From a bacterium (lineage in GTDB: Bacteria; Patescibacteriota; Minisyncoccia; 2-02-FULL-40-12; IGHO2-01-FULL-4-A): a stretch of DNA of 64,000 nt. Position numbers and translations under genes: made by a program. Positions 28,276 through 37,811 of the stretch are shown here, piece by piece (within the stretch, counting starts at the first letter, position 1; each line of letters begins with the position of its first letter). The notes beneath the pieces are model-generated. The model was not told the DNA's origin, made no database searches, and saw only the letters and a program-made list of their open reading frames with translations. The stretch lies in contig JAUYLN010000020.1 of assembly GCA_030698885.1 (NCBI GenBank), forward strand, positions 7,346 through 71,345, in the 5' to 3' direction.

Positions 28276-30933
28276 GTGAGGCCGGTGATTAAGCCGGATG
28301 GTTTTGATTTTCAAAACTTGCCCCAAACTCTTGACCTGAAGAACGGAACGACGTTGATGACGGTATCGGCTGAAAATAAAAATGACGAAACTGTGATATT
28401 GGCCGATAAGGCACTTCCGAAAAAGCCGGGTTTGTTCTGGCACCGGCGTCCCAGGATAGTCAGCAAAAGAGACTTGTTCTTAAATCAGCTTGAAAGGGCC
28501 TCCGAGGTTCCGGTGGATATTAAATTAGAGCTAACCAAAGTTGGTGGAATTTTGCACGAACCGACTGCCGGAACTTTTTTGAGTTTTCAAAAAAGAAAAT
28601 CAGTTTTAGCAAGCCGTATCTTCCGCGATTATCCGGGCATGATTAGCATTGATGATATTGCAGCTGAGATAAGTCCCGAGCCACCGCCTCACTCCCAAGA
28701 GTTAGCCGGACTTAAGGTTAATCAGATAGCTTCCCTGACTGCTCTTTCAGGTGAGAACTTGCCCATGCATTCACCTGCCGGCAGTGAACTTGATTATTGG
28801 CTTCGGAGGTTCAAAGAAGATGGCCTAGTGACGGACAATAGGCCAGAAAAATTAAAGCATCCCAGCGACTATGTGGTTCCCGATAGTTTTGTACGGTCAA
28901 AAGCGGTAATGAGCGAAGTAGAAGCTGATTATGTCCAGGCGTCCAGGAAGTCCGGTAAATCCAAAAAAATAATTACTGTCATAGCTATAATAGCCGGCAT
29001 ACTCTCGGTATTATTTATTTTAAATTTTTTAGCTAACGATGGTCTGGGGGCAAAATCCAATGTTTTGCAAAACGGCAGTAATGCTATTGCGAATATCAAA
29101 GAGGCCCAGAAGAATCTTGAGAATTTTGATTTTGATAAAGCTGCCGATAATTTTGCTTTGGCTAATGACGATTTTTTAAAAGCTTCGCGCAAACTAAACG
29201 ACATAGGTTTTTCTCTGGTCTCTTTTTTTGTTAAATTACCCGGCCTGAGCATGCTCGGCGGAGAATCTTTTGATAAAATTACAGCGGCTAGCGATCTCCT
29301 GGGTGCCGGCCGGAATTTAACCAAGGCCGGGGAGGAGCTTTCCCTGGCATTCAGCGGACTTTATAAAACGGCGGTGCCGCTTTTTTTAGGCGGATACACG
29401 GCTGATGAGAATTCTGACGGCATTTACATCACGCTTAACCGGTTTAAAGAGGTTCTGGATTCCGCCAACTCTAAGATAGAGAGTTCGCGCCGGCTTTTGG
29501 CCAATATCAACCCTGACGTATTGCCGGAAGACAACAGGGAGTCCTTTTTTGATTTCAGAGAAAAGATGCCTTTGCTTGAAAAAGCTATTGACGATGCCGC
29601 CGGGTATTCTGATTTCTTACTTAATGTCGTCGGCAAGGATGGGACAAAAATATATCTGGTGTTATTCCAGAACAATAGTGAACTAAGAGCTACGGGGGGT
29701 TTTCCGGGTTCATATGCCCTTCTTACGTTCAAAGATGGCCGGCTTAACAAAATATTCGTAGATGATATTTATAATCCCGACGGCCAGATAAAAGATAAAA
29801 TAATCCCGCCCCTTCCGCTGGCTCACATAGTTTATAATTGGGAAACCAGAGATGCTAACTGGTTTGCGGACTTTCCGGCCTCGGCCCGAAAGGTGGCGGA
29901 TTTTTTTAAGAAAGGAAGCGGAGGCATTCAGGTTGATGGTGTTTTTACATTCACGCCGGATATTCTGGTGGAAATGCTGAAAGTTACCGGTCCTGTCGTT
30001 ATGCCTGATTATGGCCTAAATCTTGGCACTGATAATTTTCTCCAAGAAATACAGCTTGAAGTGGAGTCAAAAAACAATCCTACCCAGCCTAAAACGGTAC
30101 TAGTTGATTTCCAGCCCTTATTCCTTGAAAAATTAAAAAATCAGCCTAATGAGAAATGGGTTGAAATATTTAAGATAATGGCCAAAGCCACGGAAGAGAA
30201 AAAGATACTGACTTATTTTAAAGATGAAAACCTTGAAAATTTTGCCAAGAAAAAAGATATAGCGGGGGACTTAAAAAATGTGAACGGAGATTTTTTATCC
30301 GTAGTTTTTTCTAATATTAAAGGCTCTAAGACGGATGTCGTTACAGATAATTTTATTGACCTGTCAACTGTAATTGATGGCAGCAAAATACAGCATGAAC
30401 TAATCATAAACAGGATACATAGCGGTGGCGACAGCCCCTTTAGATTTTATAATCTGCAGAATCCGGCATATGTCAGGGTCTATGTGCCAAGGGGAGCGGT
30501 TCTTGAAGATATATCAGGAAATGCTATCGTTGATTATCATCCGCTGGTTAATTATGGTTTAGAAGGTTATGTTCCGGACCCTGATTTGGCTAAGATAGAA
30601 AATAGTACATATCACCCCTTTAATGGCGTAGATGTATTTGAAGAATCAGGCAAAACCGTGTTTGGTTTCTGGATGCTGACAAATCCTAAATCAAGCTCTA
30701 AGGCTATAATAAAGTATTCACTAAAAAATTCCTCATCGGATAAATATTCTCTTTATTGGCAAAAGCAAAGCGGTACCATCGGAGATAAAAATAAGATAAA
30801 TGCCAGTTTCAGATTAATCGGGGATGGGATTGTAGCTGATGCCGTTCCGGAGCTGAAAGCTGCGGGATATTATCTGGTGTTTAATTCAGATTTGGCCGTA
30901 GATAGGGAGATTAAATTTAATATCAAGTATTAG
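28276..30933 (+). CDS. Large membrane-anchored protein, DUF4012-like (tentative). GTG start chosen 9 nt after TGGAGGG; the track ORF begins at 28237.
   Basis: An internal TM segment plus the motif LVLFQNNSELRATGGFPGSYALL typical of DUF4012 proteins (recalled from memory). Confidence 0.5.
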   Translation: MRPVIKPDGFDFQNLPQTLDLKNGTTLMTVSAENKNDETVILADKALPKKPGLFWHRRPRIVSKRDLFLNQLERASEVPVDIKLELTKVGGILHEPTAGTFLSFQKRKSVLASRIFRDYPGMISIDDIAAEISPEPPPHSQELAGLKVNQIASLTALSGENLPMHSPAGSELDYWLRRFKEDGLVTDNRPEKLKHPSDYVVPDSFVRSKAVMSEVEADYVQASRKSGKSKKIITVIAIIAGILSVLFILNFLANDGLGAKSNVLQNGSNAIANIKEAQKNLENFDFDKAADNFALANDDFLKASRKLNDIGFSLVSFFVKLPGLSMLGGESFDKITAASDLLGAGRNLTKAGEELSLAFSGLYKTAVPLFLGGYTADENSDGIYITLNRFKEVLDSANSKIESSRRLLANINPDVLPEDNRESFFDFREKMPLLEKAIDDAAGYSDFLLNVVGKDGTKIYLVLFQNNSELRATGGFPGSYALLTFKDGRLNKIFVDDIYNPDGQIKDKIIPPLPLAHIVYNWETRDANWFADFPASARKVADFFKKGSGGIQVDGVFTFTPDILVEMLKVTGPVVMPDYGLNLGTDNFLQEIQLEVESKNNPTQPKTVLVDFQPLFLEKLKNQPNEKWVEIFKIMAKATEEKKILTYFKDENLENFAKKKDIAGDLKNVNGDFLSVVFSNIKGSKTDVVTDNFIDLSTVIDGSKIQHELIINRIHSGGDSPFRFYNLQNPAYVRVYVPRGAVLEDISGNAIVDYHPLVNYGLEGYVPDPDLAKIENSTYHPFNGVDVFEESGKTVFGFWMLTNPKSSSKAIIKYSLKNSSSDKYSLYWQKQSGTIGDKNKINASFRLIGDGIVADAVPELKAAGYYLVFNSDLAVDREIKFNIKY

Positions 30934-31166
30934 AGGCCATACGCTAAATTCCGGAGCCACAAAGATAAAGTGGCTTTCCGTAATTTAGCCACAGCGATTC
31001 CTCCGCCATGTGGCTTCGCTAAAGCGTAGCTGGCGGATGAACCTTCGACGAGAGGGTTTGCCCAATTTCCCTGCCTGTGGCAGGCAGGTTCGTTATCCCG
31101 CCATGGCGGGATGCCTCGAACTTGGCCAAACGTAAGGCCTCTATACAAAACAACTTTAATAAGTAG
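30934..31166. repeat. GC-rich structured intergenic island with several hairpins and a CCTGCCTGtGGCAGGCAGG palindrome
   Basis: GC content is much higher than the surroundings. Stems include ccgccatggcggg, tccgcca/tggcgga and AGGCC...GGCCT ends. Confidence 0.5.
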
Positions 31167-32783
31167 ATGGACATATCATCTTCAAAAATTTCATCTGGAA
31201 TTTTTCGCGGCAGCATAACGCTGGCCGTTTTTTCTTTGGTGTCGCGCCTGACCGGTCTTCTGCGGGACCGTATTCTGGCCGGGCGTTTTGGCGCCGGGGA
31301 AACTCTGGATATTTATTATGCCGCATTCAAAATTCCTGATTTCATATTCCACCTGGTGATTATCGGTGCTGTTTCCGCGGCCTTTATTCCTACATTTATA
31401 AATTATTATGAACGGGACAAAAATGAAGGCTGGAGGCTGGCGAGTAATTTTTTAAATACCGCTCTTTTCTTTGTGATAACCGCTTCGCTTATTTTAATAA
31501 TTTTTATCCCGGATTTAATGCCTCTGGTAGCGCCGGGATTTGGACCTTTGCAAACAGCTTATGCCGTAGACCTGACGAGGATTATGTTTTTGAGTCCGGT
31601 TATTTTTGCCATTTCAACTGTTTTGGGTTCCATTCTTCAGTCTTTAAGAAGATTTCTGGCTTTTGCCATTGCCCCTTCTTTCTATAATTTTGGAATTATT
31701 TTCGGAGCTTTATATCTTGAGCCCAGTCTTGGCCTCTCCGGTCTTGGCTGGGGAGTTATCATCGGAGCATTGCTCCATCTTCTGATACAGCTTCCGGCGG
31801 TATTTAGGGCGGGATTCAGGTGGTTTGCTGTTTTTGATTTTGCCGACTCCGGTTTAAGAAAGGTTTTTAAGTTAATGATGCCAAGAACTTTAGGCCTTGC
31901 TGTAACTCATATAAATCTGATAATTATTACGGCTATAGCATCAACCATAACAGTTGGCAGCATATCTATTTTTAATTTCGCCAATAATCTCCAGTTCCTG
32001 CCCATTTCAATGATAGGCGTTTCAATATCTATTGCTATTTTTCCGACGCTGTCCTCTTTATCGGGTCGGGATAATGAAGCTTTTATCAATGATTACTTGA
32101 GCGCTATGAAGCAAATAATATTTTTTGGCGTGCCTGTATCTTTTGCCATGTTTATTTTTAGAGAACCGATAGTGGCTCTTTTGCTTGGGGTTGGCAGGTT
32201 CGGCCCCGAAGATATAGGGCTGACTGCTGCCGCGGTAGGTATTTTCGCATTCAGTGCGTTAGCCATATCTCTCGTATCTCTGATTAATAGAGCATTTTAT
32301 GCTTTTCATAATACGGTTATCCCCTTAGTTGTCGGTGCTATTTCTGTTTCCCTTAATATAGTCTTATCATTTTTGCTTGTGGGCTGGTTTAAGATTGAAG
32401 AATTTTCTTTGTTCTGGCAAAAAATTCTTGGAGTTAGCGATGGTCCTGCATTTTCCATAATAGGCTTGGCGCTTGCCTGGAGCCTTTCTCATGTTCTGTA
32501 TTCTGTTTTAATCCACCTAAAATTTATAAAATTTGCCGGTATTAAAAAATCCGGTATCTGGCAATATATGAGCAAAACGATAGGCGCCTCCCTATTGTCT
32601 TGTGGTATATTAATTTTTGCCCTCCCGTATATTCCAAAAATATCTGTTTTATCCGGTTTTGTTTCTCAGTTTCTTTCGCTTTCATTGGATGTATTGATTT
32701 TCGGAATTATGGCCTTTGTTTTTTGCAGGATATTCGGAATTAAGGAAGCAGTTATTCCCTCGCGATTTCTTAGGAGGGTTTAG
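31167..32783 (+). CDS. murJ: Lipid II flippase MurJ (MviN)
   Basis: 14-TM protein with an N-terminal ...LTGLLRDRILAGRFGAGETLDIYYAAFKIPDF... MurJ signature. Confidence 0.75.
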   Translation: MDISSSKISSGIFRGSITLAVFSLVSRLTGLLRDRILAGRFGAGETLDIYYAAFKIPDFIFHLVIIGAVSAAFIPTFINYYERDKNEGWRLASNFLNTALFFVITASLILIIFIPDLMPLVAPGFGPLQTAYAVDLTRIMFLSPVIFAISTVLGSILQSLRRFLAFAIAPSFYNFGIIFGALYLEPSLGLSGLGWGVIIGALLHLLIQLPAVFRAGFRWFAVFDFADSGLRKVFKLMMPRTLGLAVTHINLIIITAIASTITVGSISIFNFANNLQFLPISMIGVSISIAIFPTLSSLSGRDNEAFINDYLSAMKQIIFFGVPVSFAMFIFREPIVALLLGVGRFGPEDIGLTAAAVGIFAFSALAISLVSLINRAFYAFHNTVIPLVVGAISVSLNIVLSFLLVGWFKIEEFSLFWQKILGVSDGPAFSIIGLALAWSLSHVLYSVLIHLKFIKFAGIKKSGIWQYMSKTIGASLLSCGILIFALPYIPKISVLSGFVSQFLSLSLDVLIFGIMAFVFCRIFGIKEAVIPSRFLRRV

Positions 32784-32912
32784 ACAGGGCCTTTTTTTGT
32801 TTTACGGCAGATGTTATGGTTATCGGATTATTGGTTCAAATAAGTCAATAATGATTAACGCGTTTGGCCCTCCATGAGCGGAGGAGCTCTACGGCGAAAG
32901 CATATAAGCCAC

Positions 32913-34706
32913 ATGGAAAATATAAGAAATTTCGTAATTATAGCTCATATAGACCACGGCAAATCCACTTTAGCGGACAGGTTTTTAGAGTTGACCGGAA
33001 CTGTGGAGAAAAGGCAGATGCAAGAACAATATCTGGACCAGATGGAGCTTGAGCGCGAGCGGGGAATAACCATCAAGCTACAGCCTGTACGAATGAGCTA
33101 CTCACTACACACTACCAACTACCAACTAAATCTGATTGATACTCCAGGTCACGTTGATTTTTCATACGAAGTCTCGCGCTCCTTAGCCGCAGTTGAAGGA
33201 GCAGTTTTACTCGTCGATGCCACTAAAGGTATTCAGGCCCAGACTCTTGCTAATTTTAATTTTGCCCGAGAACAGGGGCTGGTTATAATTCCGGTCATTA
33301 ATAAGGTTGATTTGCCCAATGCCAGAGTTTCCGAAGTTGAGGAAGAAATAAAAAACCTTTTAAATTCAGAAGCTAAAATTTTTAAAATATCGGCAAAGAC
33401 AGGCGAGGGTGTGGCGGATATTTTAGAAGAAGTGATAAGACTGGTTCCGCCTCCATCCGGTAATAAATATCAGGAAGATACCGGCGACAGATTCAGGGCT
33501 GTAATTTTTGATTCTGATTTTGACAGCTACAAGGGAGTTATCGCTTTTGTGAGGGTTTTTGGAGGCAGACTGAAAGCCGGCCAGCAAATATCTTTTTCGG
33601 CGGCAAAAGCCAGAAGTTCGGTAGTTGAGGTGGGTTACTTTATGCCTCTCTTAACCAAGGCAGATTCCATAGAAGCAGGTCAGATAGGATATATAGCCAC
33701 GGGCCTTAAAGATCCGGCTACGGTCAGGGTGGGCGATACTGTGGGCATATGGAATGAACCGGTTGAGGCTTTGCCGGGATACAAAGAGCCCCGGCCGATG
33801 GTATTTGCAAGTTTTTATCCGGAAGCCGGAGATGACTATGACTCGCTCAAAGATGCATTGTCCAAAGTTAAATTAACGGATGCTTCGTTAAGTTATGAAC
33901 CTGAATCTTCTCCAGGCCTTGGCAGGGGATTTCGGCTTGGGTTTTTAGGTATGCTTCATATTGAAATAGTGAGCGAAAGGCTTCATCGCGAGCATAAGCT
34001 GGGGCTTATCATAAGTACGCCATCGGTGGAATATCATGTTGTACAAAAAAACGGAAAGGTGGCAGTAATAAGGTCCGCTTCTGCCATGCCTGACCCGAGT
34101 TATATAGAAAAAATAGAAGAACCGATGGTTTTGCTTGAAATTTTAAGTCCGGCTTCTTATCTTGGTTCTCTGATGAATCTGTTGGCGGAATTAAGAAGCC
34201 AATATTTGGATACGGATTATATCGGCAAAGAGATAGTGGTGCTTAAATATAAAGTTCCGTTGGCGGAAATTGTAACTGATTTTTATGACAAACTAAAAAG
34301 CATCAGTTCGGGCTATGCCTCAATGAGCTACGAACCCTCTGAATATCAGCATTCAGATTTGGTTCGGTTGGATATTTTAGTTGCCGGCGACCCGGTTGAG
34401 CCGTTTGCCAAAATTGTGCCTAGAGAGAAGGCGCATAACGAAGGCAAGAACATTGTGGAGCGGCTTAAAAAGGTCATTCCGCCTCAGCTGTTCGTGGTTG
34501 CCTTGCAGGCGGCCATAGGGGGCAAGATTATTGCCCGTGAATCAATAAGCGCGAAGCGCAAGGACGTTACCGGGTATTTATACGGTGGAGATATTACCAG
34601 AAAGAAGAAGTTATTGGAAAAGCAAAAACGGGGCAAAAAGAAGATGAAAGAAATCGGCAAAGTTAATATTCCACAAAAAGTGTTTTTGGAGATGTTGAAG
34701 AGATAG
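32913..34706 (+). CDS. lepA: Elongation factor 4 (LepA)
   Basis: MENIRNFVIIAHIDHGKSTLADR... and a LepA C-terminal domain. Start set at the conserved Met (the track ORF starts at 32874). Confidence 0.9.
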   Translation: MENIRNFVIIAHIDHGKSTLADRFLELTGTVEKRQMQEQYLDQMELERERGITIKLQPVRMSYSLHTTNYQLNLIDTPGHVDFSYEVSRSLAAVEGAVLLVDATKGIQAQTLANFNFAREQGLVIIPVINKVDLPNARVSEVEEEIKNLLNSEAKIFKISAKTGEGVADILEEVIRLVPPPSGNKYQEDTGDRFRAVIFDSDFDSYKGVIAFVRVFGGRLKAGQQISFSAAKARSSVVEVGYFMPLLTKADSIEAGQIGYIATGLKDPATVRVGDTVGIWNEPVEALPGYKEPRPMVFASFYPEAGDDYDSLKDALSKVKLTDASLSYEPESSPGLGRGFRLGFLGMLHIEIVSERLHREHKLGLIISTPSVEYHVVQKNGKVAVIRSASAMPDPSYIEKIEEPMVLLEILSPASYLGSLMNLLAELRSQYLDTDYIGKEIVVLKYKVPLAEIVTDFYDKLKSISSGYASMSYEPSEYQHSDLVRLDILVAGDPVEPFAKIVPREKAHNEGKNIVERLKKVIPPQLFVVALQAAIGGKIIARESISAKRKDVTGYLYGGDITRKKKLLEKQKRGKKKMKEIGKVNIPQKVFLEMLKR

Positions 34707-34893
34707 TACTCGGCCAGCCATAGTTTTTAATTTTCGTTTCACTCGCGGGTAAATAATATTGTAATTTTCTCATTTTCCTAGATAAAAAACTGGTTCCCGT
34801 TCCGACCAGTTTTTTATTACGTAAAATCTCAAAAATTACAATTTATTTACGGCCACTCGCTCAAATAAATTAAAAACTTTGGCTGGCCTCGTT
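34707..34893. mobile_element. MITE-like element: ~60-bp terminal inverted repeats (34710-34768 / 34833-34891) flanking a terminator-like core hairpin (34784-34816)
   Basis: TIR-R is the reverse complement of TIR-L with few mismatches. A solo TIR copy lies at 41921-41980. Confidence 0.6.
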
Positions 34894-35251
34894 CTAGTTT
34901 TACGGCTATATAATTGCCTCAGTTATTTTTTTGCCGATTTCCGAAGGTGGTGAGGTGGGGGGATAGGATAGCCCCCGCCGTTTTTAGCGGGAGCCACTAT
35001 ACAAACGGCTCAACGATAATTATCGTTGAGCCGTTTGTGGTTAACCGAGGGCCGCTCTCGTTAATTTTTACGTATAGTCTACAGCTTACTGTTTATAGCT
35101 GTTATACTATTAATAAAAGGCGGGCCTGCCTACCGAAGTTTTATACGAAGGCGGGGAGAATTAGAAGTAGAACAAAAGAAACTATCGTCAAGACAGCGAT
35201 AATTATTCCGAACCAGCGCACGAATTTTTTATTGCCGATAACCATAGATGA

Positions 35252-35332
35252 TCTACTAATTACTAATTTCATACTAATATACTAATCTATTTCTTATTCG
35301 TATATTAGTGATTTTATTAGTAATTGGTAGAT
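35252..35332 (+). repeat. Intergenic nested-palindrome element, copy M (upstream of the ftsB-like gene)
   Basis: TCTACTAATTACTAATTTCATACTAATATAC...GTATATTAGTGATTTTATTAGTAATTGGTAGAT. Confidence 0.8.
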
Positions 35333-35357
35333 AAACGATAAGTTTCATTATATCCTT

Positions 35358-35720
35358 ATGAACAAACTTTTTCAATCACCGCTCCTGACTGTGCCCCTGA
35401 TTTTAATCATGGGATTTTTGCTTTTGCAGATAATAAAAATAAATCCCGAAAAATCCGACCTGGACAAAAAAGTAGCTAATCTTGAGGGACAGATAAGTAA
35501 ACAGGAGCAGTTGCTGCAAGAACTTGAGAAAGAAGCTGACTATTACCAAAGTGATAGCTATAAAGAAAGACAGGCCCGTATCAGATTGAACTATAAAAAG
35601 CCCGGCGAAAAAGTGATACTAGTTTATGACAGTCCGGTTGATGTGGAGAAGCAGGCTTCAAAATCCGAAGAGGCATTGCCATTTTGGAGAAATTGGCTAG
35701 AATATTTATTCGGAGAATAA
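35358..35720 (+). CDS. Septum-formation initiator FtsB/DivIC-like protein
   Basis: N-terminal TM segment, a coiled coil, and ...KERQARIRLNYKKPGEKVI..., which resembles the FtsB/DivIC C-terminal motif. Confidence 0.5.
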   Translation: MNKLFQSPLLTVPLILIMGFLLLQIIKINPEKSDLDKKVANLEGQISKQEQLLQELEKEADYYQSDSYKERQARIRLNYKKPGEKVILVYDSPVDVEKQASKSEEALPFWRNWLEYLFGE

Positions 35721-35763
35721 TCTTATATATTGCGAGAAGCAGGCCGTAGCTCGCAGAGCGTAG

Positions 35764-35834
35764 GCGGGTGTGGTTCAATGGTAGAATGCGACCTTCCCAA
35801 GGTTGAGACGAGGGTTCGATTCCCTTCACCCGCT
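35764..35834 (+). tRNA. tRNA-Gly (anticodon CCC)
   Basis: Cloverleaf with GCGGGTG acceptor, D-arm GTTCAATGGTAGAAT, anticodon loop TT-CCC-AA, T-arm GGGTTCGATTCCC, and discriminator T. No CCA is encoded. Confidence 0.8.
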
Positions 35835-35837
35835 CAT

Positions 35838-35873
35838 AAACTAAAAAGTGCCCAAAGGGGCACTTTTTAGTTT
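35838..35873 (+). terminator. Hairpin terminator after tRNA-Gly (aaactaaaaagtgccc-aaa-gggcactttttagttt)
   Basis: 16-bp stem followed by a T-rich tail. Confidence 0.6.
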
Positions 35874-35876
35874 ATA

Positions 35877-36085
35877 GGGGGAAGCAAGCAAGTGGTCCTG
35901 CTTGTGTAGGGTATCGAACGCCGGAGCGATGTTGTGAGCGAATTGGGCGCGAATAACCCTGCCTGCCGGCAGGCAGGCGTGAGGCGGTGCCCAGACCGAG
36001 GTGAGCGACCGGCGAGCCGAGAGTCGAGGGAGATTCCCTTCGCTCGCTCCAAATAAAAACCCCGCGAAAGCGGGATTTATTATGG
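35877..36085. repeat. GC-rich island containing CCTGCCTGCCGGCAGGCAGG. It is either a candidate structured ncRNA or a REP-cluster; it ends at a small GC hairpin (cccgc-gaaa-gcggg) with flanking A/T runs.
   Basis: A ~200-nt GC-rich segment in an AT-rich genome immediately after a tRNA and its terminator. The ORF-track minus-strand ORFs here look spurious. Confidence 0.4.
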
Positions 36086-36094
36086 CAAGGAAGA

Positions 36095-36319
36095 CTAAGC
36101 TTTTGGCTTCCATACAGGACAGCGGGTTATTGTCATTGCAATATTCTCTTTTACACAAATTTGATAGAGCTGGTTCGCTATGTAGCAGTGGTCGGGTTTG
36201 CCAGGTTTCATGTTTCCGCAATTTAAACATAGGCATTCTTTTTTCCGCAGGGATTCAGTTGTTGGGTTAACCCAGACAGTTTCATGGTGGTGAGATTCTT
36301 GCCTTGGCTCTTGTGTCAT
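36095..36319 (-). CDS. Small Cys-rich hypothetical protein (CLCLNCGN...C...C)
   Basis: ORF translationally coupled (ATGA overlap) with ORF 36316-36600. Four Cys residues suggest a metal-binding role. Confidence 0.35.
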   Translation of the reverse strand: MTQEPRQESHHHETVWVNPTTESLRKKECLCLNCGNMKPGKPDHCYIANQLYQICVKENIAMTITRCPVWKPKA

Positions 36320-36600
36320 TTTGCCTCCTGGTCCTTGAATCTTCTGAGGAATTTTTCGCCATCATGCAGAATGTTGGGAAAAATAAGAAACCTTAATGGT
36401 TTATCGTGTTTGCACTCGTAGCTTTGTCCGTTATGAATGGCCCGAGTTATAAATGCCTGGTCGAGTAAAGCGGGACCGTAAATAACATCCGCGCCATCTT
36501 TTATCATAGCTTCAAGCTCTTCCTGGTTTACAGATTGGTATTCTTCCTTGGCTTGTCCGGCTTCTGCTTCAAGCAATGTATTAATCGTCTCTCCTAACAT
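36316..36600 (-). CDS. Hypothetical protein
   Basis: 94-aa ORF, first gene of a two-gene minus-strand unit. Confidence 0.35.
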   Translation of the reverse strand: MLGETINTLLEAEAGQAKEEYQSVNQEELEAMIKDGADVIYGPALLDQAFITRAIHNGQSYECKHDKPLRFLIFPNILHDGEKFLRRFKDQEAK

Positions 36601-36675
36601 TTGTTTGGATTCTCCCGCTATTGAATTTTCAAGCTTTCTGGCTTAATATTAACATTAGTTTTGACGTTCGTCAAA

Positions 36676-36748
36676 GCCGCCTTAGCTCAGCTGGTAGAGC
36701 AGCACTTTCGTAAAGTGAAGGTCCCCAGTTCGAATCTGGGAGGCGGCT
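36676..36748 (+). tRNA. tRNA-Thr (anticodon CGT)
   Basis: Acceptor GCCGCCT/AGGCGGC, D-arm GCTCAGCTGGTAGAGC, anticodon loop TT-CGT-AA, T-arm CCCAGTTCGAATCTGGG. Confidence 0.8.
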
Positions 36749-36755
36749 CAAAGCA

Positions 36756-37809
36756 TATGAAATATAAAAACCTTTTTGTTACCGGTGGAGCGGGTTTTAT
36801 AGGCAATCATTTTATAAGGTATTTTTTAAAAAAATACCCGGATTTTGAGATTATTAATCTTGATAAGCTCACTTACTCCGGCAACTTAGCAAATCTTAGC
36901 GACGTTAAAAAAGATAAAGAGCTATTGAAGAGATATAAATTTGTCAGAGGCGATATTGCCGACCAAAAAAGAGTTGAAAGCGTTTTTAAGAAATATAAAC
37001 CTGATTACATGGTTAATTTTGCAGCTGAAACCCACGTTGATAGGAGTATCCATGTTGGCGCAAAGGAGTTCATAGACACAAATGTGTATGGGGTGTTCGT
37101 ACTGCTGGAAGCGATTAAAAAGTTCGGGATTCAAAGGGCCGTGTTTGTATCCACGGATGAGGTATACGGCAGTCTTTCAATAGGGTCTAAAAATAAATTT
37201 ACCGAGAATACTCAATTCCAGCCTAATGTACCATACTCAGCAACAAAAGCCGGAGGCGATTTATTATGCCGGGCCTATCATTTTACTTGGAAGTTGCCCC
37301 TGGTGGTAACTCATTGTTCTAATAACTATGGCGAATATCAATATCCGGAAAAGCTAATTCCATTTTTTACCTTACGAGCCAGCGAGAATAAAAACCTTCC
37401 TTTGTATGGAGATGGAAAGAATGTCCGAGACTGGATTTATGTGCTTGATCATGTGAGGGGTGTTGAGCTGGCCCTCCTTAAAGGAAAGCCGGGCGAGGTG
37501 TATAATTTTGGCGCGGATAACGAGGTACAAAATATTGAAATAGCAAGGCTGATTTTAAATATGTTGGGTAAATCAGAGAACCTTCTGACTTTTGTCGCTG
37601 ATCGCCCCGGCCATGACCGAAGATATGCGGTAGATTCCCGAAAGGCCAGACAAGAGCTTGGCTGGAAACCCAAATATAGTTTTAAAAAAATGTTGCCAAA
37701 AACCGTAAAATGGTATTTGGATAATAAAAAATGGGTTCGGGATGTCCAGAAAAAGACGGGCGTTATTAACGCCCATATCGATTTATGGAAACCCCATAAT
37801 CTTAAGTAG
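36756..37809 (+). CDS. rfbB: dTDP-glucose 4,6-dehydratase
   Basis: MKYKNLFVTGGAGFIGNHF..., the Rossmann motif, and RmlB homology. The track ORF is extended upstream across the tRNA. Confidence 0.85.
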
Positions 37810-37811
37810 GT

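Noticed and set aside
34914-35285. Track ORF (123 aa, +) downstream of lepA
   Set aside because: It spans the MITE-like element and a copy of the palindromic element, has low-complexity composition and no RBS; it is a repeat-derived frame.
35877-36085. Possible tmRNA (begins GGGGGAAG..., GC-rich, follows a tRNA)
   Set aside because: It is too short (~200 nt), has no convincing tRNA-like 3' end (no GGTTCGA(A/T)TCC T-arm, no ...CCA acceptor pairing with the 5' GGGG), and shows no recognisable tag-peptide reading frame. It is kept only as an unassigned GC-rich island.
35841-36270. Several overlapping track ORFs on both strands across the GC-rich island after tRNA-Gly
   Set aside because: They overlap each other and the CCTGCCTGCCGGCAGGCAGG palindrome. 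Such GC-rich repeats commonly give long spurious open frames in an AT-rich genome.
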